A stretch of 64,000 nt of DNA. It comes from Perna viridis (taxonomy: Eukaryota). Shown here one piece after another: positions 41,401-53,695 of this stretch; the first letter of the stretch is position 1; each line of letters starts with the position of its first letter. The stretch spans positions 67,167,597 to 67,231,596 of the forward strand of contig CM074512.1 of the NCBI GenBank assembly GCA_037379345.1. Direction: 5' to 3'. The translations under genes were made by a program, and so were the position numbers. The notes under the pieces are model-generated. The model was given only the letters and a program-made list of their open reading frames with translations, did no database searches and was not told where the DNA came from.

Positions 41401-44400
41401 GGCTTTCATCTGAAACAGAATTAAATCAATCCAAGTTACTTTGATGCTTACATGAGACTGATGTAAAATGATGAATACAAACGTTCCAATGATTTCTAAG
41501 AGTTGTGTCCCTTACCCTAGGTCTACCTCCTTAATTTCAACTTACAAATTCTGTTGTCATTAATTAAAGAATGCTGCTGAATTTAACTTCTTCATAAGAG
41601 TATATAATAAGATCAAGGCAGAAACATAACACCAAAAAATCAGCTCAGCATCTCCAATTATTTTCTAAACAGTAGGAAAGTGCAATGAAAAATTCTTTAA
41701 GATAATACCTGTCATAGCCATTCACTAGTCACTATAAGGGCATAAAAAAGCATAAGCAAAGGCAATGGTCACCTGCATTAATATGCCATTTTAAGGACCA
41801 ATCATAATTACAAGGGAACTAGAAACCCTTTGCTTAGGTCTCACTAACCACTTCGGGGTCAAATGGCCACCCCCCTATGTAGTTGGGGTTTAACGTCCGA
41901 GCAAAATGTACCAAAAACACACTGAACCTAGACATATGCATTGTAAGTGCATTATTTGTGTGTATTATGATTAAAAGTAGTCAAAATAAAGCTGAAAATG
42001 TGTACTTTAAATTCATATATGTAATTAACTACAAAAGTGTATGAATATTGTTTACATGTGTGAGTAATTTGCCTCCATGCAATCAGTTAGCAGAACAGGT
42101 AAAAATGTGGATTTTCAGTATTATTTATTCAAGTAAATTTTGTGAAGAATTTCTACTATCATCGTACCATTAGCATAATGATTTTGGAAGCCTTATTTTC
42201 CAAGCTTCGCAACGGTCTGCAACTTTAAGATGTCATTTGTCCTGGGAATTCACAGTGAGACTTTGAAAATTACTTTTTTAACATGTAAAGTAATGGAAAC
42301 GTTAGAAGTGGTTAGTGAGACCAAAAATTAAATTATGGCATATTTCAGAGAAATGCATAATTTGAGGAAAATTGCCTTTCCTGGTCGTTATTTCCATTTT
42401 CCCATAAAATCAGTATAGTGATATTGGTAATCTGGCTATATTTTAAGAGGTGCATTGCGCAAGGCATTTTAAAAAACAACATAGCAACAAGAATTTTATC
42501 AGTAACAGTGACTCATAACTTGACGTCATCCATGAAATATACAACGTCACTGCTTGGGATATTCAAAGTACTCAAATAATCACGCAGTAATGAAATAGGT
42601 ATGATATAAATTGTTGAAATCTGTTTTTTTTTTCATAATGATAAATGATATTTACTATTACAACTTCTTGAATTATCATAGGTATCAATTTGGTGTGACA
42701 AGTTAGTTAAAATTATAATTTTTTAGTAATTTAGGGAAAATATCACTGTGGGGCATGATATAAAAATGACCATTTCTTTGTAGTCCTATGTCTGATTTTG
42801 ATAGTTTTGGTCATATTAGACTCACAATACCACAAGCTTTCATAAAATGTAAAAAAAGAAAAACATAAAAACTAATAAAATGTTTTTAAGGTCTCACTAA
42901 CCACTTCCGGGTCAAATGGCCACCCCTCTATGTAGTACCAAAAACACACTGAACATAGACATATGCATTGTAAGTGCATTAATTGTGTGTATTATGATTA
43001 AAAGTAGTCAAAATAAAGCTGAGAATGTGTACTTTAAAATCATATATGTAATTAACTACAAAAGTGTATGAATATTGTTTACATGTGTGAGTAATTTGCC
43101 TCCATGCAATCAGTTAGCAGAACAGGCAAAAATGTGGATTTTCAGTATTATTTATTCAAGTAAATTTTGTGAAGAATTTCTACTATCATCGTACCATTAG
43201 CATAATGATTTTGGAAGCCTTATTTTCCAAGCTTCGCAACGGTCTGCCACTTTAAGATGTCATTTGTCCTGGGAATTCACGGAGAGACTTTGAAAATTAC
43301 TTTTTTAACATGTAAAGTAATGGAAACTTTAGAAGTGGTTAGTGAGACTTTAGGAGCACCATCTCTTGTACATTACTTCCTTTAATTTGTAAGACAGGGT
43401 TCCAGGGTTAAGACTTTCCAATCTTACTCTATGGGAAACTTACTCTAGAAATGGTTTTCCTTGGTGTTCTTGGTAAAATTGGAAAGCTTCATTCCTTGTG
43501 AGGTGGCACATCTTTAACTGTGTGACCATAAAACCTCTCTGGTAGATAACATCAAGTATCTGACCCATCTTGGCAGTAGCATCAGGTTTAATCATACCAA
43601 GAGTCCTGTATTTACAAATGAAAAAAAGTTGAGTTGTTATATTTACTTATGAACCATAGTAAAAGAATTGTTTTTAAGATTCCAACTGAAACTTACCAGA
43701 ACCTGTTAAGAAGGATTCAAATACTATGAGATAAAGAAATATCTAACAGTAATAGTACTTTTAGTTATATTCCCAAAACTATTTTATTTTTCCATTATTG
43801 TGAAAAGTAAAATAAAAACATCATCCTTATATTAAGTTTAAGAGATTTAACTGCAACTATATGGCAGAGCTACAGAACAGTATGATATTTGCATAGACAA
43901 AAAACCAGTGTATGATGATTTGCCCATACTGGTATACTCCTAGTAAAATAAAATTCTGGGAATAATTTTGTAAACCTGTTTTAAGAGACATTTCATTAAT
44001 TGCCATTTCAAGGGAATATATTGTCTCATTTTTACAAAATAATCTGGGTGGAGAACACACTGGTACATGTACAATTACAGATAAACAGGCCATTTGAACA
44101 TAAATCACTGAAAAAACTTCAGACAAAAAGTCATTTTCATTCTCTCAATAACATTAATGTAACAAACCAACACTGTCACAAGCTAAAGACAGAAAATAAG
44201 TTTCAAATTATACATACATGTATAACACAGAAGAAAATACAAAATAGCAATGCCATGGCATCTATACAAAAGAACAATTAATTTAGTCTAACTCCATGTG
44301 TATAAAAATTTAACACTGTAGAATTAGAACTTCTTTATAAACTAAATTGACTAAAACTTTACCTCTCTTTCTTGTTGGAAAGTTTCGACCGAGTGAAATC

Positions 44401-47037
44401 ATCCCCATAATCAACAAACTTGAGCTGTCGAGACAGAATATTAACTGTGCTGCCTATGTACATATCTTCTAGTTTAATTTGATCAATCACTTTTGTCCTC
44501 TTTAAAAATATTCTGTGATTTTTAATATCAAACTGAAAAAAGAAAGTAAACAATGGTAACATAACAGACTAGTATCCCCAAAAAAATCATAACAGACAGG
44601 CAGTGTACACAATAGGTAAACTTTAGGTTGCACTGTACAAATGGGATATAGGTGCACTGTTTCGTACACAAAACTGACACGGTCTAATTTTGTAAAACTT
44701 AAAAATAAAAGGTGAAACTTGGTGGAAATATTGATTGTGTATAGTAGAGCAATCATACATAAATAGATGCTATACTTGTGAAGGTAAAGGGGTGTAAAAC
44801 ACGCGATTTAAGCTATGTGGAAAGATTCAGGTCCTCACTGGATTAGATTCTCTTCCCTGCAGCAACAGGCTGTTTTTCAAAAATGCAAAATTTCGCACGA
44901 ATTTTAAGAATTAAAATCATGAACAAATGAGCAGAAAAAGGTACATTTTTTTTATTTGTTTTTTTACAATTATACCATGCAAACTTACTTTTTCTGGCAG
45001 TTTTTAAGTGTCTGATATTTTAGGAAACCTGTTTTTTTGACAATTAATTTTGGGAGGGCACCCAAAATTTGTTATGAAAACTGATGCATATTTTTATTAT
45101 GTTACCATGGCTACAGTTTTTCATAACAAAATAGAAAAGAATATCTATATTTTTTAAGGATCTCCATAATGTAAGATTTTGAAAAATATATACATTTTAC
45201 AGGAAAAAAATGGATTTACTTGTTTAAGTGTCTTAATATACTGGTAGATTTATTTCCATAAATTGTCATAAAGTTATCTGCAGTGACCTACCTATATAGT
45301 GGAACCTTATTTTTAATTAAAGACAAAAATAATTATAGTTTACAAATGCAGTTAAATGTATTTAGTTAATCAGAATTTAAAAACACAGGTGACTCTTAAA
45401 GGTAAGTGTTGATGATATATGAGGGACTGGAATGGAGCAAATTGCACTAAAAAAAACATTTGACTTCATTGATAATGTACCGCTATATTGTTATATTACT
45501 GATGCTAGACCAACAGGAATATGCCAGACTTTATACAACACACCTTATGTATCTGTGTTAAAAGTTAAAATGATCACTTCCTTCCTGTATTGTCTGTCAT
45601 TTCAAAGAGAATGATTAAGGTATAATAAACTTTTTTTAAAATGTTTTATGTGTATTTACATATATAAGACAGTGCTGATGCTCTATTCCATAATTGTTAA
45701 TAATATGGCTTACCATTTCTGCTGTTCCATCTTTGACATAGTACATAAACTGATATCTACGAATGAATGCTGCATGAGGGTCATACCACTCTGCGATGAA
45801 ACAATAGCGATCCTCTTCCTGAAATTAAATGCCTTAAGAATGATAATTATTTTTGATAATTTAAAAAATAGTTGTATATATAACCAAGCATCACATGCGA
45901 GGCTAACGATAGACATCCCATCAAACCTGGAATAGGAATCAGACAGGCCTGCCAAAATGGGTCAGGAAAGTGAATTTAAAGTAAAAGTAGCCTTTAAATT
46001 CATTTAAAATTAAAATATGCAATTCAAAATCAAAGGCAAAATGAAAAAGAATTACATATGTATTTACAGTATTTAGATCCGGTATGCTGAATTAATCTTT
46101 TTAAAAAAATGCACAATGAATTACGTATCCTATTTCATTCCTTTCAGCTTCGTTTTGTATCAATTCCCTTTTTTCAATGATTTTACAAACGTAAGAAAAT
46201 ATATATGTGCAATGCTCGAATGTACATTGTAGGCTGTTGCCTAACTCATTTCACTTCATACAAAGAAATGATTTCTCCCTAGCTAACAGATGAAAATATT
46301 CATATGAGTAATCAAAACAAATTCAATTAAAAGAGTCTCACAGAAAATTAGTTAAAATTCTCCTGATCATATGTGTTTATATGGAAACAGCAAGACTAAA
46401 CAGATCGAGCAGGATATTGAAAACCTGCATGGCAGTTACTAGACTTTCCTGAATTTTCCTTCAGATGAAAAATTAATACAGATGTCACAGTTTTTAAATT
46501 GCATGTCCCTTAGATGATAGAAAGTCATTTAGAGCAAATTCTTGGGTCAGTTGGTGAAAAATGTCAAGTATGAATGCTTGAATAAAATGTGGACAATTAA
46601 GGTACACTAAAATACAATTGTATGTCTTCTCTATCAACTCATTTGTGCCAGTTATATTATTTCTCAATATTTATGCATATACAGTTTGTATTATGAATTG
46701 ATGTTAATTATTCTCTTTTAATGCTCCTATTCCTATACGTTTTCTTTAATAAACTAATTTGAATTATTTATAGGCTATATATAACACTAAGAATGTTATC
46801 GATAAAAAGTTATAATAGGCAGATTTGAAGGAAATTACTTCTGTAATGAAAATGGCAAGCTTTACTGCTTTACAAGTAACTGGCTTTGCCTTTCCTTGTT
46901 TCCCTCCATTCAAAACCTCTCTATAACTAGTATCAGTGGGTAAAAGAGCTTGATTGTTTATATCGGTTTACATATACATTACAACTGGCACAAAAAATAA
47001 CCAATTTTTGTTTTTAAAATGTAGTTCTTACCCCCAT
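38434..47037 (-). CDS. NME7: Nucleoside diphosphate kinase 7 (DM10 domain + two NDPK domains), 9 exons, 376 aa
   Basis: complement join(47037-47032,45818-45714,44532-44363,43605-43444,41257-41103,40811-40656,40454-40219,39297-39190,38466-38434), 1131 nt, phases consistent. RYCFIAEWYDPHA (DM10), TLGMIKPDA, NACHGSDS, CCVIKPHAV, NGVHCTDLPEDGLLEVEYFFKILDR*. Confidence 0.96.
41837..42322 (+). mobile_element. MITE family A copy carrying a 26-bp insertion
   Basis: TIRs ggtctcactaaccacttc and gaagtggttagtgagacc. Extra gttggggtttaacgtccgagcaaaat at 41882-41907. Confidence 0.9.
42890..43349 (+). mobile_element. MITE family A copy
   Basis: Full-length with both TIRs, in NME7 intron 4. Confidence 0.9.
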
Positions 47038-47098
47038 GACTGTGTAGAATTGTGTTGGTGCCTTTGGAACAGTTCAAATATTGTTACAGTCTGGACAA

Positions 47099-47193
47099 GT
47101 TGTTGTTGGCAACAAAGGTCCAAGCTGTTGAGTATTGGCTTTTCTGATTGGACAAAGGGCTCAACTTCCGTCGGCTTGTTTTAAACCGGAAGT
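47099..47193. promoter_or_regulatory. Bidirectional promoter of NME7 and BLZF1 (X-box/RFX-like, CCAAT, inverted ETS/GABP pair)
   Basis: gttgttggcaac 47102-47113. attgg at 47134-47138 and 47147-47151. acttccg 47164-47170 and ccggaagt 47186-47193. Lies between the NME7 ATG (47037) and a plus-strand candidate first exon of BLZF1 (donor gtaact at 47396). Confidence 0.7.
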
Positions 47194-49577
47194 AAGATTG
47201 TTTTGGTACGTTTACTATTCTGAGTTTTTCCTCAAGATATTCAACAGTTATTTTTACCAATCTGGCCTGTGTAACTTTTTACATGCAACATATCTTACTC
47301 GTCTTTTACACCACTACCAATTGTAGTCTGGTAGGGAACAAATTCCCAAATTTCTATATAGATTATAGTCCGCGATGGACGTGAACTACACTACAGTAAC
47401 TGTTATGGCTAAAAGGTTCCTTGAGTGTGACTGTCTTATTTATTATAGAGTATACTAGTTATACTGAATATGATGAAGGTGAAACCTTTTGACGCTCCCG
47501 AAAAGGCATTAATTAAAAACAACTTTGATAATTTTTGTCAGCTATTATTTGATATTTTATAGTACTTATAATTATAAGTTGTAACCTTCAAGTAGGGTAA
47601 ATTTTGTAATAATATATATTTGTCCCAAAACATTATACTAATTGACATGGTTTGATATGTCTATTGGCTGAAATGTTGGGCATTCATAAGGAATTATTGG
47701 TTGTCATGGTCTGAAATGTCTTTGGGGCGAATTGTTCAGCACTGGTTATGGTTCTTATAATTTGCGAAACTTACTGAAAGATTTCTTTTATTGCATATAG
47801 TTTCACATCATTCTGTTTCATTTTGTATAGTTTAATTATGTTATTATGACGATTTAATTCATCTTATCGAATCAATTCGTTTCAACTTTTTTTTTTTTAT
47901 CAATTATTTTCATTTCGTTTTGGTTTTGCAATTTTTATGACCCGAGAATTATGGGTAATATTGATTACAGAATTTTCTTGAACATCTAGGCGCCATACTG
48001 CAGACTATAAGGCCAACCCTATCTTGGAAAAGCTATGATTCGATTTGTATTTAAATATCGAAACTAGCAAATACGAAGGGAGTGTATATGAAATAAGTTG
48101 ATGTCGCAAATGCTGAGTTAGTTAAAATGATTTTAGGATTTGTCTTAGAGGAATGAAGTTATTTGTACCAATGTTACATTTGACTTTAAATTATGTGAGA
48201 ACACGATGGCAAGGTGGCTTAGTGTAACTCAAGGAACAGGACTTGTGATCAGGAGGTCAGAGGTTTCACCAATTTTCCAGCCTGAAATATCAGGCTTTTC
48301 TCCTCACAGAAACCTGGTTAGCAGGTGAGAAGCATTTAAATAGCCAGATGGGTGATAATTTCATCTGTCTTCAAAATTTTTAAATGTTGACTTGTACAAG
48401 GTACATGAATGTTATTCACAATGCTACACATGTAAGTAAAATGTCCCATTATTTTTTATGTTATTGAAAATGCACTGATACGTTGTTATATGGCTGATTT
48501 TTCAACCAGCAGGAACATGCGAGACTTCCCGTAACACATGCATGATGCAGATTTGTCAAAATGCCTCCGACAACAATTAAAGCAAGGTCTGATAGAAAGT
48601 TCTACCTGTTAAAAAGACTGTATTGTCAAATTAATTGTGGAGTAGAATTTAATCTTTAGAAAATGATTGGATGTTGAGTGGTAGATCCAATCAGGCTTCA
48701 TTTTCTAATTGTCAAACCCTGATCAGCTGATTGCTCCTCGGAAGTTATTTACCGGTACCTGTCATAAAACGTACCCATACCTGTTTATACAGCAATTAAC
48801 ACCTTTTGTCAGATTAATGACTCTTATAATTAAAGAAATGAGATTGAAACGCAAATTAGAGGTTTGATTTCGGAGTTTTTAGGTGATTTTGACAAAATCA
48901 GGTTTTGTGTCAAATTTGACCTAAAAATTGTGTTGGGTAAACAGCAAAAATGGCGGCGTGGTTTCGAGAGGGCTAAAATTTCAACAGGGGCACATTTTTG
49001 CAACCAGAAAGGGCATTTGGCATGTTGGCAAGGGGCATGGCGTCCTGAAAAAAAGGGCATGCTACTTTGCTTTAGATTTAACTCTAGTCTAACTTGCTGT
49101 CTGGCTGGTTGTTTGCACAGGAGTTTGGTCCAAAATTAATGGATCAGTTAAACATACCGAAGTTACAAACATATATTTGTTCACCTAGATGGTGATTTTT
49201 ACTGTTACTCCTGATCTGAATGTATACTGGAAACCAGAAATTTGTATTGTGCATATTGATATTATGCTACTTTATCCCTTAAGCATTTTCTCCCATAAAA
49301 TTTCAGTTGTGATTTTTTTGGATAAAATAACAAATTTGGCATCATTGAGAATTGCAAGGCATTAAACTTTATTAAATAATGAAATAAAAGTGTATTATCA
49401 GATACATGTAAATAAGATCAACAGGGTAACAATTACCTTATTATCAACCTTGTATCTTTGGGGCGAAATAATGACTTTTCTGATGATTAGGAAGAGGATC
49501 AGTTTGACTGTGAGGAAAAATAATTGCTCCTTTTGGAAAGATATGCTGCAGATGAGTAATCTGATAATGCATTACAT

Positions 49578-50048
49578 TGTCGCAGGACGGCCTACCTGCA
49601 TTTTAGTAGGTAGTGAGATTTAAATAGGCAGTTAATTGACTTCACCAAAGGATTAATTCTTTAGCCGAATTGGTTTGTCACTGGCTTGTAACTAAGCGGT
49701 CTAGGGTTCGATCCTCAGTGGCGAAGTATAATTTTTTGAGTCAAATCAAAATCATGCTCTCCTGTTACATTTGGCGCCCAACTAAAAAACCCATAGGGTT
49801 TGGTTTGCTAATGAGCTAGTGTTAGAATCGTTCGTGGTACGAAGACTCTAAAGGTGGGGGAAATGTGGCAGGACGGCCTACCTGCGTTGTAGTAGGTAGT
49901 GAGATTTAAATAGCAGTTATTTGACTTGGCTGAAGGATTAATTCTTTAGCTGAATCAGTTTGTCGCTGACTTGTCACTGAGAGGTCTAGGGTTCGATCCT
50001 TGGTGGCATAGTATAATTTTGTGAGTCAAATCATGCTCTCCTGTTACA
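49578..50048 (+). mobile_element. TRIM (miniature LTR retrotransposon) with tRNA-derived Pol III promoter in each LTR (Helenus/TRIMp3-like)
   Basis: LTRs 49578-49769 and 49864-50048 (TG...CA). 4-bp TSD acat (49574-49577, 50049-50052). PBS tggcgcccaac 49772-49782 (tRNA-Lys 3' end). PPT aaaggtgggggaaa 49850-49863. A box tagccgaattgg and B box ggttcgatcc in the LTRs. Confidence 0.93.
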
Positions 50049-50557
50049 ACATCTAGAATTTTTAATTATAAATAGTATAAATGTATATTAAATAAAATTA
50101 CATGAGTTGTAATTAGTTATAAAAGGGCATGTCCAGGATTTAATTTATTTGGCGTTTTCATATCAACAGGCTCATGTAAATGTGCAATTTCCATCCCCAT
50201 TCCCATGGTATAGAGCTACATTGTAACAATTTACTGTTACAGATACTGTTGCAATCATGATATGAGAAGTATGTTTTATCTCAACACCAAATTTAATTAT
50301 AACTGGGAAGAAAGGTAAAACATTAGTTTTATAACAAAATAAAACTTTTTGAAGACTTAATCAGTGATAAGTATTACATGTAGTTATATAGTAAAAATCA
50401 TAGAAAAAAGTGGATCCAGTCAGAATTTGATGGGTCCTACCAATTGTCATTGTTGGTAGGACCTATTTTCCGGCCAACATGAAAAAGATTTCTACAACTC
50501 TAATGATGTGAATCTGCTTCAAAAGTCCAAACAATCACATCAGTCTTCACGGTTAAC

Positions 50558-51370
50558 TTTTCAGCTCACGCGGCCAATAAGCCATGTGAGCTATTGCCAT
50601 CACTACAATGTATGTGTCCGTTGTTGTCTGTTAACTCTTTCAAACATCTTTTCCTATGAAACTACCTGACAGAATATAACCAAACTTTGCATGAAATTCC
50701 TTTGGGTATTTTTAATAATCCTTGTGTGGGATTTTTGATCTGGCAAAAAAGACTGCTGCCATTACTGAAAATAGACCATAGGGGTCAAGTTGCAGAGTTT
50801 TGCACATTACTCAAACAGAGTTTGATGTATTTGAAATCTGGCTGGGAGTATTATTGTTCAGCACGATGGGATGGACACATGCCAAAATTTTCAGAAAGTC
50901 TTGTTGATGGATGAGATATGGGTCCTGAAATGGATTTTTTTTTCTGAATTTTACATTTCTAACTTTGAAAATGTTCTCCTCTGAAAGATTTGCTTTGATT
51001 GAAACAAAACTTAGCATAGATATTACATAGAACAACTTTAACAATCTATGTGTGAGGGAAAAAACATGTCAGCTGTTACCAAAGATAGACCATAGGGGTC
51101 AAATTGTAGAATTTTGCACATAATTAAAAAAAAACGTTGAGTTTAGCTAAATCTTGGCAGGGAGTAAAATTGTTTGACATGATAAGTTGGACCTATGCCA
51201 AAATTTTCTGAAAGATCTTTTGACGGATGAATGAGTTATGGGTCCTGAAATGGATTTTTTTTTTCAAGAAATTTTTTATTTCCAACTTTGAAAATTTTCT
51301 CCTCCTCATGGCATGAATGTATCTTTTGATATCCTAAACAATTTGTGTAGGGGGGAATTATGATCTGGTA
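50558..51370 (+). mobile_element. Helentron/HINE-type element, 3'-truncated
   Basis: ttttcagctcacgcggcc..gccatgtgagctattgccatcac start and repeated aaaatagaccataggggtca modules as in 14199 and 20164. End approximate. Confidence 0.72.
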
Positions 51371-53695
51371 AAACCCTCTATTCATTCAAATGTAATTAAA
51401 ACTTCTTTTTCAAATACTGTATATAAATCCTTGTCCTCATTTTCCAAAGTTGCTATTTTTAAGCTCTTTTTCCCAATTGCCTGGGCCCCTAGCCCTTTTC
51501 CTAAAACAGTAGGAAAACCACTGATTTAAGGTTATATGTATTAACGTTGTAATATTACATGTACCAGGATCTGACAATAAAGGCTGTCCTATTGCCCAGG
51601 ACAAGTAAAATTTCAGTTAGGGCAACTAGAAATCAAATTAGATTTGTCTGATGATTTTACAACATGCATCAACCTAATCACTACCTAGTTTTCAATTTGG
51701 GCAAGATGAAATTTCATCAACTTGCCACACAACTAAGACAAGGTTCACAAAATGTTAGTGTCAGAACTTGTACCTGTGTATATTTTCTGGTCATACTATC
51801 ATGATACTGGCAAAAAAGTAATTCAGCTATACCATGTGCGTAATATGATTTGACATTAATACAAAATTGCCAGCTTCACTGGCAAAACACTTTAATATGA
51901 GGCAGGTGTATCGTAAAATGCTTTTGAAGAATCAAAAGTGTCTGTTTAAAATTCATGAATTAGATAAACTATAAAAAAAAAAAAAGAATAGGCATGTAAT
52001 TGTAACTATAAATAAACTAGTAATTTCGATAACGTGCATGATTTCATGACTTATTTTGATGAAGGAAATGATTGCCACATCATGCCCACATGTGCCAACT
52101 TAAAATTTCAACAATGAAGGCCTATTTTATCTTACTTTTGACCAAATATTTATAACGAGAATGGAAGCGGTGAATATGTCACAAAGACAACAACCATTGT
52201 AGGATAAAAAATGTTAGCTCAAGACCACCCATGAGTCGTCAATTAACTCAATATAAAACAACTTAATAACAAAGATAAAAATGTATGGCCTTTTTTTGGG
52301 TGTATCAAGTATTACAGAAATTGCATGATTCTTTCAAAGACTACTACTTAAACATTTTAAAAGTTGCCAACGTCTCATTTGCAGGTCAGTAAATATTTTC
52401 ACTAAATAACAGGGCCTAAATGTGGTATATGCTCTTTTAAATTTATGAGATTCCAGACAATATCCCATCAATGCAAGGTATGACATTGAAGATTTACCTG
52501 TTGCCAAGGACAAGTGAAACTACCAATTGGACAAATTAAAGTTTAATTATACTTGCCCAGAGTTAAAACAAATCTTATTCATTTTTCAACATTCATTTAC
52601 TAAAGGACAACCTAGATTTAAATTTGGGCTATTAAAATGTTCATCAACTTAACCAATAGGAGAAGGTTCATACAACCATGCAAAGCTTAAGAAAACAAAA
52701 AACGAAATGGAAATAATGTTCCACCACAAAAGCTGTAATCATTCACTTTGGGAATGCAAGATCTGCATTTATGTTTTAAATTATGATGGAGTAAATGTTA
52801 ATCTGAATATTAAATAACCATGCCTGGTGGCTGATGCATTTAGTCTAAGTGAACTGTTCAGTTCATAGTAAGTCTTTGATGGAATTGGAAATGAAATATT
52901 TTTTTTGGACCAACCTTTGAGGATCTTGGAAGAAATTGCCTTACAATTTTACTGTAACTGTCATTTACTAATTTTATACTCTTTACTTATAATGAGAAAA
53001 GGTAGGTCTGTAAAGTAATTTTAAATAGACATTTTTTTATTAATGACATGATCGATCATGTGAAAAAAATGTACATTTTCAGTCAATAAAATTGTCTTTC
53101 ACATACATATTTGTGAAACATGACAACTATTAGCTAAACATTAGAATTCTGATTGTCAAGTGAAATAATGATAAATGACCTGTTCTTATAATACATTACC
53201 TTGACCAGGTAAGAACAGGTAAATCAGGTGTATTATTGTTTTATTTGCTCAGGTATGTAGATGTACTGAAGGCTACAGTTTTGTTTGAATAATTAGGGCT
53301 AATTTTGTAAATTACGATACATGTATCTACTCTTAAGTACTGTACTTGTATATGTGTATTGAAAGACTTGGATAGATTACATATTTTACTATTCACTGCC
53401 TAGATTACTTTAAATTTATTTTTTAAGAACTAAAACATAATTTTTGGTTAATTATTGTTTTGTTCATGGATGATAGACCTGATGCCTCTGGCAAGTCTAT
53501 ACTTTCATGATTATATAGGAAAAACAATTACAACAACAATGTTATGTTCTAAGTATTTTTTCTCTATACTCACAAGATGAAGTACTCTACGTGCAATTAT
53601 GACCTTATTTTCTGTAAAATATAATGCCCATGTAAGTATTTTTTTTTTAAAACAAAATTTGTTTTAACAGACAATTTTACTTTTTTTTACAGGCT

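Noticed and set aside
48206-48270. tRNA-like sequence (ggtggcttagtg...ggtcagaggtttc)
   Set aside because: Too degenerate to fold. At most a decayed SINE head, with boundaries not definable.
49655-49725. Functional tRNA-Thr gene
   Set aside because: Acceptor and T stems pair poorly and the sequence is duplicated as part of both TRIM LTRs, so it is a tRNA-derived promoter and not a tRNA gene.
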